DNA from: the human T2T-CHM13v2.0 reference genome, Homo sapiens
Strand: one strand, 5' to 3'
Assembly (NCBI RefSeq): GCF_009914755.1
Contig: NC_060930.1
DNA: 64,000 nucleotides
This document shows, one piece after another, positions 1-12,870 of the stretch (position 1 is the stretch's first letter; each line of letters begins with the position of its first letter). The position numbers were made by a program, and so were the translations under genes. The notes beneath the pieces were generated by a model. It made no database searches. It was not told the origin of the DNA and saw only the letters and a program-made list of their open reading frames with translations.

Positions 1-35
1 AGGAAGGAAGGAAGGAAGGAAGGAAAGAAAGAAAG

Positions 36-84
<49 letters not shown>
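1..84 (+). repeat. (GGAA)n/(GAAA)n polypurine microsatellite, cut by window start
   Basis: Six GGAA units at 2-25, then a GAAA run to ~84. Confidence 0.97.
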
Positions 85-85
<1 letters not shown>

Positions 86-1365
86 TCAAGAGCTCAATCA
101 ACCTGTGTGAGAGGAAAGAAAATTAATTCGATGGATGTTTAATTGTTGGAAGCAGGGATTCTAGTAGAGTAAGGAGAAGGGAAGGCTGTGGATTAAAAAT
201 TAGTTTTTGGAAAGGTAATTAGCCTGGTCACCTACGGTCTTTTGAGAAGATAGTGGTTATAAATAGCCTATTCTTTATAAGAGGAGCACGTATCTACCAG
301 ATATGGTACTTTCTACAGCACCTCACATGTGGTTCTAACATTATTAGGCTCATTTTAGAGTTTAATAAAGTGAGGTTTATGGCCAGCGATTTTCCAGTGA
401 TCACAGAGAGGTCTGAGATTAACACACACTCTAGCACACATGCAGGTTGGGAAATATCTACTTTGGCAACACTTCATGAGAAAAAAAATTCAATGATTAT
501 AATTGACTACAAATTTTAATGGGCACCAAGAGTGTGAAATGGTTGCTTAAAAAGTTAACATGATATTAAGCTACAATAATAGAAAAATAGATCATGGAAA
601 ATAAATGTTCTAATTATTCTTCATTAGTCAGATGATGTGTTAAGCATCACTTTGCTATCTTGGCACTCTGAGAACTTACTCTTCATCCTACAGAGATGGC
701 TGGAACAAAAAAACTTCAGAGGCGGTGCATGTTGGAAACATCTGAAGAGAAGTATGACAAAGAGAGGACTTTTAAGATAAGTGAGACACCTGAGAGCAAG
801 TGTTGTGGGGGCTGTTGTACAGCAAGAGGATTCAGTCAAAATTTCTGTAGCCTAAAATGTCAAAAATTTTAATGTGCAGTAATTCCGGGGAAATACCTTA
901 AAATAAAGAAGAAGAGTGCAGATAACAGCTGGGCTCTAATGATGAAAATGGCAGCCTTGTAAAAGAGTCAGTTCTCTATAATTAGAAGGGTGGAAGTAAA
1001 AGAAGTTGCAGGACTGGTGTGACATTGAAGGGACTCTGTCTATGGCTGGGGGCTTGCACTGCATCATCTCTGAAATCTTTCCAACTCTAAGGCTCTGATT
1101 CTATATGTGCCAGTCTCCAGTTCACCTGAGACTCTCAATTCACTGGATAGCATCTGTCTATTGACTACTTCTGCTGGAATTCCCACCAATTTTTTAGTAG
1201 GAAAAACTATTTGGATTTTTTTTTTAATTCTTTGCTTCTACCCATAGATCTCCAGCACAGAAAGCGCCAGGAGCAAATCAAAGAAGCTTCTATTATGGTT
1301 TGCTTCTAAGAAATTCTACTTGGTCCCACCTCCTTGACTCAGGTAAAGGGTCAGAACCTTCCATC

Positions 1366-1470
1366 TTTGTTTGTTTGTTTGTTTGTTTTTTGTAGAGACA
1401 GGATCTCAGTATGTTGTCCAAGCTGGTCTCAAATTCCTGGTCTCAAGTGATCTTTCTGCCTTGGCCTTCA
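1366..1470 (-). mobile_element. Alu left-monomer fragment (FLAM/AluJ-like)
   Basis: (TTTG)n tail then gtagagacaggatctc...tctcaagtgatctttctgccttggcc. Confidence 0.85.
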
Positions 1471-2064
1471 ATCCCGTTTTAATTGTAATAAAAGTCAGCC
1501 TTATATCAGTATTTATGATAATGATGATATAATGATGGAAAGGGCCTTCAAGAAGATGTTGGTACCAATATTATCTTCTTCAAGGGTTCAAGACTATTAA
1601 TTCCAGTTTTACTGGAACATCACTGAGATGCTCCTTTCAATATAATATAATGTTAAGATATGAACACAAGTGGAAGAATAAAAGGCAAAAAATGGAAAAT
1701 CTAAGACACTTTAAAAATCATTTTCAGAGTAGCTAGTCTGTGTAACCATTCGACTACTGCTATGGTAGATACACTGGAAACACAGCATGGGACAGTAGGT
1801 TGTAGTGAATATTAAGAAATTTTGTCTTTGTCTTTAAAGCAATGAGTCTACCAATTGGAGCATATTTAATAAAAAAGAGGGTCATGATGAGATTGGCATT
1901 TTAGAATGAACATTCCGTAATTTGGGGATGTAACCTTAATGGAATTTAGATTTGTTTCTATTGCTAGTGCCTGTCTCTCTTCCACCAACCTCCTGATACT
2001 CTCTGCCATACAGCCAGTTCAAATGTAAGCTCCATGAAGGCAGGGATTTTTATCTGTCCTAACA

Positions 2065-2400
2065 GCAGACTTTCTCTCTTGGCTTTGATGAAGCCTAGTG
2101 CCAGGTTGGAGATGCCCAAGCAAGGAACATCCAGTTAGAAACTAAAGCCTTCAGTTCAATATCCCAAAAGACAGGAATCCTGACAATCATCATTTAGTGA
2201 ACCTGGAAGTCAATCCTTCCCCAGTTAAGCCTTCAGATGAGGCCCCAGCCCTGTCTAACATCTTGATTGAAGCCTTGTGAGAGAGCCTAAAGCAGAGGAC
2301 CTAGGGAAGCTCTGCCTCCATCCCTGATCCAAAGAATCAGTGAGATAATAAATGCATGTTGTTTTAAGCTGCTAAGTTATACAGCACTAGGTGACTAACA
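2065..2400 (+). mobile_element. MaLR LTR (MLT1-type)
   Basis: ccttcagatgaggccccagccctg...gagataataaatgcatgttgttttaagctgctaagtt...taaca matches the recalled MLT1 3' half. Confidence 0.8.
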
Positions 2401-2469
2401 TAGTATGCTTCTATTTGCCTTTTACTAATTTAATTCTTGCAGCATCTTTACCAGATAAAATTCCTGTTT

Positions 2470-2590
2470 TATATATAAGAAAACTAAGGCTGTTTTAACT
2501 TGTTCCAGATCATATGGCTGGTAAGGGATGGGGTCAGAATTTGGACCCAAGTTGTCAGGATCCCAGGTGTGCTCTCTTAACTACTTGACT
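2470..2590 (-). mobile_element. MIR fragment
   Basis: gaaaactaaggc...gtcagaatttggacccaag...tcttaactact resembles the reverse-complement MIR core. Confidence 0.6.
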
Positions 2591-2599
2591 TTACACAAA

Positions 2600-2700
2600 G
2601 GCAGTGGCTGAGTCTGATTTGTTCACAGTTGTCCCATTCTCCAACATAGTGTATGGCACATAGTAGATTCTCAATAATGGTTAATTAATTAATTACTTAA
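2600..2700 (+). mobile_element. L2 3' end fragment
   Basis: ttgttcacag...tggcacatagtagattctcaataa. Confidence 0.6.
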
Positions 2701-2790
2701 TCTAGAACACTGCTAGATGAATGATGAATAGATTTATTTTGTTCACACAAGATAATTTTATAAGTGTTTTCAAAAAGTGTAACTGTGACT

Positions 2791-2855
2791 GTTTGGTCTC
2801 AGAGGCTTCTTGTTTTGTCTCAGAGGCTTCTTGTTTTGGTCTCAGAGGCTTCTTG
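2791..2855 (+). repeat. 21-22 bp tandem triplication (GTCTCAGAGGCTTCTTGTTTT[G])
   Basis: Three near-identical copies read directly. Confidence 0.95.
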
Positions 2856-2914
2856 ATTCTTCAGGGCTATGTACTAATTGACTGAAATTTACAGGTGCAT
2901 TTCAGTGTGTAGAG

Positions 2915-3532
<618 letters not shown>

Positions 3533-3538
<6 letters not shown>

Positions 3539-4072
3539 GTGTGTGGATGGTGCAAGTGTGTGAAAGGTGCAGGTGTACAAACAGTGCATGTGTGTGAATG
3601 GTGCAGGCAGTGCATGTTTTGATTGGCCCAGGTGTATGGACAGTGCATGTATGAGAATGGTGCAGTTGTATAGACAGTACATGTGTGAATGTTGCAGGTG
3701 TATGGACAGTGCATGTATGTGAATGGTGCAGTTGTATGAACACTGCATGTGTGCAAATGTTGCAGATGTATGGACAGTGCATGTGTGTGAATGGTGCAGT
3801 TGTATGAACAGTGTATGTGTGTGGATGGTGCAGGTGATAGTGCATTTGTGTGAATGGTGCAGGTGTATGGACATTGTAGGTGTGTGAACAGTACAGGTAC
3901 ATGGACAGTGTCAGTGTATGAATGGTGCAGTTGTATGAACAGTGCAGGTGAATGGACAGTGCATGTGTGTGAATACTGCAGGTGTATGGACACTGTACAT
4001 GTGTGAATGGTGCAGGTGTATGAATAGTGCAGGGCAGGCGTGTGAATAGTGCAGGTGTGTGAATGGTGCAGG
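3533..4072 (+). repeat. TG-rich minisatellite, 17-bp monomers forming 34-bp units
   Basis: Alternating gtgcaggtgtatggaca / gtgcatgtgtgtgaatg units. Confidence 0.93.
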
Positions 4073-4509
4073 AGTAAAGCTTGGATGGAAGATTCAACCT
4101 TTGGGAATCTATAGAATATCCATTCCCCTTGTGACCGCTCTGTCTGTTATAATCCCAGGATACATCAGAAATAGCTCAAAATAAAAACAATTTTAGGGAC
4201 AGAAGTTGTCTGAAAGTTGCTCTTAGATAGTTGCTAGAACATAAATGACTCATCACCTTGGACACCTGAGAAAGGTTTCATTAATTTTGGGCATGGACCT
4301 TCATGTTTTTAAAATTGGGGTTAATGAAATGGGTAATTTCATTTCAGGCAAAAGAAAGGAAAGGTTAAGAGAACAAAATTGCCCCAGATTTGGGTTCTTA
4401 GAAGGCGAGACTTGAGAAGATGACCTTTTAGCAATGACTATATTAGGTCTTTGGTTGTACAAAGTCATTAAGGAGCCAGAAAGGCCAGGAGCCAAATAGG
4501 CAGTGGAAA

Positions 4510-5080
4510 GGTGAAGGAGACGGATTTTACTTCCAGCTGCCCCACATCTCAACCCCTTTCCTATGGTTGTGGATTTTCCCACTGTGTGAGGTCAGGCAGA
4601 AAGCAAAGTCTGTCTTTCACCATAGAAGCCAAAAACCAGATGCTTCATTTGTCAGGCTGCTGTGCAGCTATGGCAAGAATGGGTACAAGACATAGGCTTG
4701 GCTGATCAGATGCCTGCATCCAGACTAGAAATGAGGAGCTAGTGATGCAAAGAAGCAGGCAGAGAGGACGTTGTTTTGGCAGTGGGGATTGCACGGGCTG
4801 AGCAGTATCAGCAGCACTGGTTTGCATGAACAGCACTGGCAGTGGGGCAGTGGTGGCATCCCTGGGTCCAGAGCAGGAGGCTTTAGGACATGAAGCTGTG
4901 ACATGGAGGCAGCTGTGGTGTCTGGAGCTGTTGGTCTTGACCCTGGCTTCAGAGTTTTCTCTTTCTTTTGCTCCCTCCCTTTTTCTGGCCTGGTTCTCTG
5001 ATCATACAGCGGAGGTTCTATGAGCTGCCCAGCACCCTTTCAAAGGATTCTTTCCTCCTTGGTTGTTCAGTTGGCTAGCT
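4510..5080 (+). mobile_element. Old ERVL-type solo LTR (LTR33/LTR16 class)
   Basis: tgcagctatggc...ggctgatcagatgc; ends tgagctgcccagcaccctttcaaaggattctttcc; subfamily uncertain. Confidence 0.5.
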
Positions 5081-5818
5081 CCAGAGCTCAGCTGCTCTGC
5101 ATAATAAATTGCAGGGGAATTGAGGGAGAGAAGCTGAGAGGAGACAGCCTGGAAAACAGGGAAGCATGGAGATGGTAGGAGTCTTGCAGAAGACAGGGGC
5201 TGAGCTACATCACCGGAAGATGTTGTGTGTGGGAAAACAAGGAATTACTGATGGCTGTGTGGTTGAAGGGCCTGCCACCACAAAGATGCCTAATGATTCA
5301 TTTTCCGCCGTTTGCATTCTGTTTCAACAAGTGCTCTCCATAGCACAAAAGTTTCAGTAAAGTCTGCCATACATAAATGCCTGGGCGGTGTGTTGAGTGG
5401 AATCAATGAAAAGTCACCCCAGTTGGCACAGAGCAGACATGAGGGGAGAGCTGTGGCTGGGCCATGAGGGGGAGTTCAGCAGAGCAGTAACTTGGAGTCA
5501 GTGGTGACAGACATGAGCCTACGACCTGGGAAATTCTCTGAAATCCTGGCAAGGACACAGAGGTCCCCCATGGCTGTGACTTAGAAAGGTCAAGCCAATT
5601 TTATGGGAGACCTCAGCTGACATCTGGGTTACACCAGTATTAATTTATCCATCTTCACTAAGAATGGCTGGCTCAGGGATCGGTCACACGGGACAAGTGC
5701 CATTTTTCATCTTTTATGTGGAAGAAGTAATCTTTGTCTGAAAAAGGAACTGTTAGTGACTCCCCAAACAAGTGGGAGGAAAGTCTGTATTCCAAGAATT
5801 TTCTGATAATAGAAATGA

Positions 5819-6126
<308 letters not shown>

Positions 6127-6633
6127 AAAACATTGCCTTTTTAAGGAGAAACAGAGAAATATGTTTTATTATTTCAAACACATGAGTTTTAAGTGAGAAG
6201 CATTGGCTAAGATAACTCCAGCAACAAGACAATGTGTTCAAAAGTCTGATCGAATTTTTACTTTGGAAAAATAACAATGGGTCCAATCAATGAAATAAAA
6301 ACTTTGATGGAAACTGCAGCTAATTTGGTGAATTCATACAGCCTATCCCAATAGTATCTAGAAGTGCTAGTTGTACTTGTTCTGTGCTCAATATAGTTAA
6401 GAGGTTCTTGACGTAAGTGGGCACTTGCAAACCACATGCTCTGTTGTGACATTTTGGAGGCAGCAGCACCATTCTAGTGTAAAGACACACTTGCAAAGGA
6501 GAAAACATATTTATTGCAAGCACTTACACAGTATGGCATAGTTTTCAAAACGTAGAAAACATGTCTAAAAAAAAATCTGCATATGAATGCCAAACTCTCA
6601 TTTGCTGTAGCACCATTGAAAAGTCAACCCTCA

Positions 6634-6994
<361 letters not shown>

Positions 6995-8264
6995 TCAGAG
7001 AACCTGCTTTCCTGGCAGAGCACTTGTCTTAATAAAAGTTAGAGACTGGCTCATGTGGCCACATTGAGTTAAAATGATTTAACTTTTCCTTTTTAACAAG
7101 TTTTGAATGGCGTACCTCCCCTACCAATTGCCTTCTCCTTGTGTCTCCTTCCCTGATCTGCCTGGCTCTCCCCCACCCCTGCCCATCTCCCAGGCTGTGA
7201 AGTGCCTTCTTCTGTAATGATGTATACCTGTCTATCCTGGCACTTACTACATTTTAACAATGTGTTTGTCTCCTTCCTCGTCTTCATTTTTTTAACATCT
7301 CTATCCCCAGCATGGTGCCAGAATACTTGGGCAATGCTCCAGAAAGTCTGTCACTCTAGTGATGAGTCATTTGCTTGCATTAATGACCTTCTAACTCTGG
7401 AATTCAACAATATTGAAGTAACATTAAACAAGACCCCAAAGATCATCCACTCTTTAGTTGCACTGTCAAATTTTCTTAAAAAGGTGATTAAACGACTAAA
7501 AAATCCTTTTCACTCACTGCCCTAATGAAGAGATGGCCCCATCCAATGCTTGCCTGCCACTCTGTCCCATTTCACCCACTTAGCTACAGTCTGACTTTTG
7601 ACTCTATTAAAATATTTCTGCTTGCTTCACTCTGATCAAGAGCTACATGATTATGAAAGATTTATAGAAGCTGAGAAGAGATATGCAATCCCTTTTAAGT
7701 GAAACCTTAGTAATCATTTTTTATTCCTGTTCTTTTTTTTTAAGACCCAAATTCATAAAATCTTGAAACCATATTGGCTTGTGTTTATGCATGTTGAGAT
7801 CAATTACATGTTGTCTTAAGACAGTTTTAAATTGCAAGAGTTATTTCTGAACAGAAGACTATATTAAAATTACATTCTGAAAGCTTGATGGCAGTCTGTG
7901 AGTACTTTCAGGCAACACAGTGACTCCTTACTACCTGGAAAACAGCTGGGAAGAGCACAATACTAAAAAAAAATGCCTCTGAGCTGCTAAAATAGATACT
8001 ATAAATTATAATATCTATTATTCTGAAATCCATGCTTTCTCTACATAGATGTCCCTTCATGTCCTCACTCAATGCCTTTTCACTCTTTTTTTTTTTTTTT
8101 TAACATGTTCCAATCGATCTGGTTCCTAAGCAAGCAAGGAGACAGGCATAACAAGAGGTGACCAGGTAACCAGAATGGAGGAAAGCTAGTGAAAACTAAG
8201 CAGAGGAATTCTGACATCTTGTCCGTCTCAGATTATTTAGGGTAGGGCTACCCATTTCTAAACA

Positions 8265-8625
8265 CAGGAGGACTCCTAACTATTGCCCTATGGGTCAAAC
8301 TTGGCCTACAATGAGTATTTTGTTTGTCTTTTACAGTGTTTTCATTTTCTATTTTATTGAGCTAATATTCAAAATTAAGGGAGTTTTCCATTGACATATA
8401 AATTTTAGGCTTTTCATGAATCATCACACTATCTAGTAATGCTAGGCTTGTTCATCTACATGGGAACGGCAGCTGAAGCTGAGTGGTGATTGCTCCCGTT
8501 AGATAGGGCAGTTGTTCTCTCCCTTCACAGTTTCCATCACCCACCGACGGTTTGTACTGCACCAAGGCCCTGAGTGATTTTACTTCTTCTTGCCTGGTCA
8601 TGAAGGCAACTGAGTTTGCCATGAA
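8265..8625. mobile_element. MER102-like hAT DNA transposon
   Basis: gctgaagctgagtggtgattgctcccgttagatagggca and gaaggcaactgagtttgc match recalled MER102. Confidence 0.65.
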
Positions 8626-8938
8626 GGGCTTCCCATCAGGGCACATTTTCTAATTGTCATACCATTTTGAAATTAGAAGCACCTTTATAAAAGTGACTTC
8701 CTTGGGTAGGAGACTGGACTAGAATATCCTCAGCAAGCAGCCACCTAACCACTTCTGGTTTTGCAATGACAGGGAGTTCTCTGCTCCACCAAGAAGATCT
8801 TCTTGCCTTTTTTTTCTTTCTAGAATTAATAACTTGTATTTATGTAAAATCAGTGTCTCCTAAAGTATGTTCTTAGAACGCTTTGTTCTAAGCTATGTTA
8901 AAATTGATAATAAATTTTTTAAAGAATCCAGCAGTCAG

Positions 8939-8974
<36 letters not shown>

Positions 8975-9001
8975 ATATGTGTGTATATATATTTATATTT
9001 A
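8939..9001 (+). repeat. (TA)n/(TATG) microsatellite
   Basis: Direct read. Confidence 0.95.
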
Positions 9002-9819
9002 TCAGAACAGATAAATTACTACTTTTTTAGTGAAAGACTTCCCAGAGCCTTTAGGTGCTATTCTGCATTGTTGATCTCTAAGCCAAGGATAAATTCTCAG
9101 TCTTTTTTCACATATATTTGATCCTAAAACTTAATTTTATGGGACTGTCATGTGGCCCAAGTATTCTACAGAATAATCTTGGAAAATGCATATAGGAATT
9201 CTTAGTTTTGTCTTAATTATTCATCAAAGTCAGTCATAAGCAAAGTAAAGCAATTTGCCCAAGAATACAGGAATTGTGGCTGTTATGAAATGGGGTTGGA
9301 ATTCCAGAATACTGTCTCCTAGCAGGATTCAGTGGAGTGTTTCATAGAGTATAATGCACTGATCACTAAATTTAGGGAAATATCCAGGGATAAATACACT
9401 TGGTTAAATCCAAAATTGTGGAGGAAGAAAGCATTGGTATCCTTAAAAGAAGAATACCAATGTTAAGATAGAATCAATGATAATAAAAATACATAGTAAT
9501 CATAAAAAATGGGAGACCATAAAGAGATTAAGGGAGTAATTATTGGGGTTTAGCCTTATTTTCATAAAGAGCCTTTCACATTACTTCCCTCAATGTTCAC
9601 ATTTTACATAAAGTATAGTATGTTATCAGCGTATCCTTTATAAAAACAAGCCATATGATGATTTTGGTCTAATTTCCAGCTCCTTGAAAATTAAGTCCCA
9701 ATTAATGAGCGATTGAATAGAACAAAACAAAATTTTACAATATCATCATTAAATTATCATTATTAAAAATCAGCAGTCTAGTTAATGATGTATTCTTTTG
9801 TATTCAAAGTTTAGTGTTA

Positions 9820-10856
9820 ATCCCAAAAGCAATGGCAACAAAAGCCAAAATTGACAAATGGGATCTAATTAAACTAAAGACCTGCACAGCAAAAGAAACT
9901 ATCATCATAGTGAACAGGCAACCTACAGAATGGGAGAAAATTTTTACAATCTATCCATCTGACAAAGGGCTAATATCCAGAATCCACAAAGAACTTAAAA
10001 AATTTACTAGAAAACAACAAACAACTCCGTCAAAAACTGGGCAAAGGATATGAACAGACACTTCTCAAAAGAAGACATTTATGCAACCAACAAACATATG
10101 AAAAAAAGCTCATCATCACTGGTCATTAGAGAAATGCAAATCAAAACCACAATGAGATACCATCTCATGCCAGTTAGAATGGCAATCATTAAAAAGTCAG
10201 GAAACAACAGATGCAGGAGAAGATGTAGAAAAATAGGAATGCTTTTACACTGTTGGTGGGAGCGTAAATTAGTTCAACCATTGTGGAAGACAGTGTGGCA
10301 ATTCCTCAAGGATCTAGAACTAGAAATACCATTTGACCTAGCAATCCCATTACTGGGTATATACCCAAAGGATTATAAATCATTCTAATATAAAGACACA
10401 TGCACATGTATGTTTATTGTGGCACTATTCACAATAGTAAAAACTTGGAGCCCAAATGTCCATCAGTGATAGACTGGATAAAGAAAATGTGGCACATATA
10501 CACCATGGAATACTGTGAAGTCATAAAAAAGGATGAGTTCATGTCCTTTGCAGGGACATGGATGAAGCTGGAAGCCATCATTCTCAGCAAACTCTCACAA
10601 GAACAGAAAACCTAACACTGCATGTTCTCACTCATAAGTAGGAGTTGAACAATGAAAACACATGGACACAGGGAGAGGAACATCACACACCGGGGCCTGT
10701 CGGGTTGAGGGGCTAGTGGAGGGACAGTATTAGGAGAAATGCCCAATGTAGGTGACGGGTTGATGGGTGCAGCAAACCACCACGGCATGTGTATACCTAT
10801 GTAACAAACCTGCACGTTCTGCACAGAACTTAAAGTATACGAAAAAAAAATAAAAA
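9820..10856 (+). mobile_element. 5'-truncated L1PA (approx. L1PA6-8): end of ORF2, 3'UTR and polyA
   Basis: ORFs give frameshifted ORF2p C-terminus ([41 protein letters not shown]); perfect 14-bp TSD aaagtttagtgtta at 9806-9819 and 10857-10870. Confidence 0.97.
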
Positions 10857-10873
10857 AAAGTTTAGTGTTAGCC

Positions 10874-10875
<2 letters not shown>

Positions 10876-10903
<28 letters not shown>
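10876..10903 (+). repeat. (TATG)n microsatellite
   Basis: Direct read. Confidence 0.9.
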
Positions 10904-10904
<1 letters not shown>

Positions 10905-11159
10905 TTTGAGGCCATGTCAAGAAAAATGAATTATTAATACCATAATTCTTAATAATTATTACTGTAGTTACTAATAATTGCTGCTATCAGGTTAGGAATA
11001 CAATACAACCATGGTGGAGAAAGTTTGGAAGCTAAAAAATATATTTGATGAAATTCTACCTCCATATCACAGGAATTATCAACATTTGCATTTATTTCCT
11101 GCCAATGTTTCTTTATGACCATTGTGTTTTTTAATGGTTATGAATGTATTATACTTATA

Positions 11160-11375
11160 ATTTTATAGTGGTAAAATATCCATATCACAAATTTATCATT
11201 TTAACCATTTTTAGTATACAGTTCAATGGCATTAAGTACATACCCACTGTGCAACCATCCTCACCATCCATCCCCAGGAAGGTGGAATTTTTCATCTTCC
11301 CAAACTGAAACTGTACTCATGAAAAAACCCTCCTCATTCTCCCCTCGCCCCAGCCCCTGGCACCCACTGTTTTCT
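11160..11375 (-). mobile_element. L1MB-type 3' end
   Basis: ttttaaccatttttagtatacagttcaatggcattaagtaca...cccagcccctggcacccact. Confidence 0.8.
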
Positions 11376-11596
11376 TCTTCTTTCTTTTTTTTAAATAAGT
11401 GAGTTCTTTTAAATGGATTCTTTGGGATAGAAATGTCTCTCACACGTTTCTACTGGAGATAATTCTGTTCTCAGGAGCTACACAAATGCCAATAATCATT
11501 TACGATATTTTTGGTGACCCAACTATGCTTATGTATCCAACATGGTTATAGTTTTATTCATTCACTTGGTCATTCAACAAAAACTTGTTGCATCAT

Positions 11597-12075
11597 GTCT
11601 TGACCTGAATATCCCTAAAAGCAGAGCCAGAGACAGGTAGTTTATTTGAGAAGTGATTCCAGGGAGCAAGAGTGAGAGACCAGGGACAGAAGGAAGGAGG
11701 GAAAGACAGTACAAGGATGTATTATGAAGTTGGCCAGTATTGTAGGCGACCATGCTCCAACCGCCGGACCTCCTGAGAAGCTTTCTAAAGTGGGTCTCGT
11801 AACTGTCCACATTGGCCAAGGATGGCCCCACAAATATTAACACTGTGCAGACTGGCTTATGCATGCTTGTGTGGCCAGGGTGTTCTCACAGGGTCCCACT
11901 CCTCTGGCTGGAGAAACTCAAGGACAGGAACAGAGAGGTACATGGCCTAGACCCAGGTGAGGCACTAACAGATTGCACCTACACAAAGTGGGTGTAAGTT
12001 TGCACAGAACTGGTTGCTGAGGTGGTGGCTGGAGTGGAAGGTAGGGCTGAGAGGGTGTGAAGTGGTGCCTAGGAG
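11597..12075 (-). mobile_element. LTR16-type ERVL solo LTR
   Basis: aagcagagccagagacaggtagtttatttgagaagtgattccagggagca...tggccaaggatggcccc. Confidence 0.75.
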
Positions 12076-12284
12076 ATGTCCCATACACACAGGCCCTGAA
12101 CCAGGCACTGATTTGGACACACTGTGATAAGCAGGAGGAGGCATGGGCCCTTCCTCATGGAACTTGCAAACACAGGTAGGTGGTGGTGAATAGGCATACA
12201 GGAGCAAGTGGCAGCTGCAGGATCATCATGTAGGAGGCTCATGACCCAGGACTGTTGTGAATGTGCCATCTGACCACATGAGAG

Positions 12285-12545
12285 TAGCTGCCTGGCACTG
12301 TACTAGGCAAAGGGGGGAATATAGGGGAACAGGAAAATACAGACCCTGGCCTCACGGATCTGGTAGGGAAAGCAATGATAAATAAATAATTTCCCTAAGA
12401 CAATTACCCGTCATGTAACATTAGGAAGGAGAAGTCTATTCTATTCTGAGAGGCATAACAGGGATTCTGGGAAGTTGATTGAGCCAGGAAAGTTTCTTTT
12501 TAGAAATGGTATTTAATCACAGACTAAAGGATGATATGCTATTAA
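12285..12545 (-). mobile_element. L2 fragment (its 3' end probably lies at 11550-11595, left of the LTR)
   Basis: cctggcactgtactaggc...cagaccctggcctcacgga; ttcattcac...ttcaacaaaaacttgttg at ~11555. Confidence 0.55.

Positions 12546-12870
<325 letters not shown>

Noticed and set aside
9814-10615. ORFs with real protein homology
   Set aside because: Frameshifted C-terminal pieces of L1 ORF2p in a 5'-truncated L1PA; not a functional gene.
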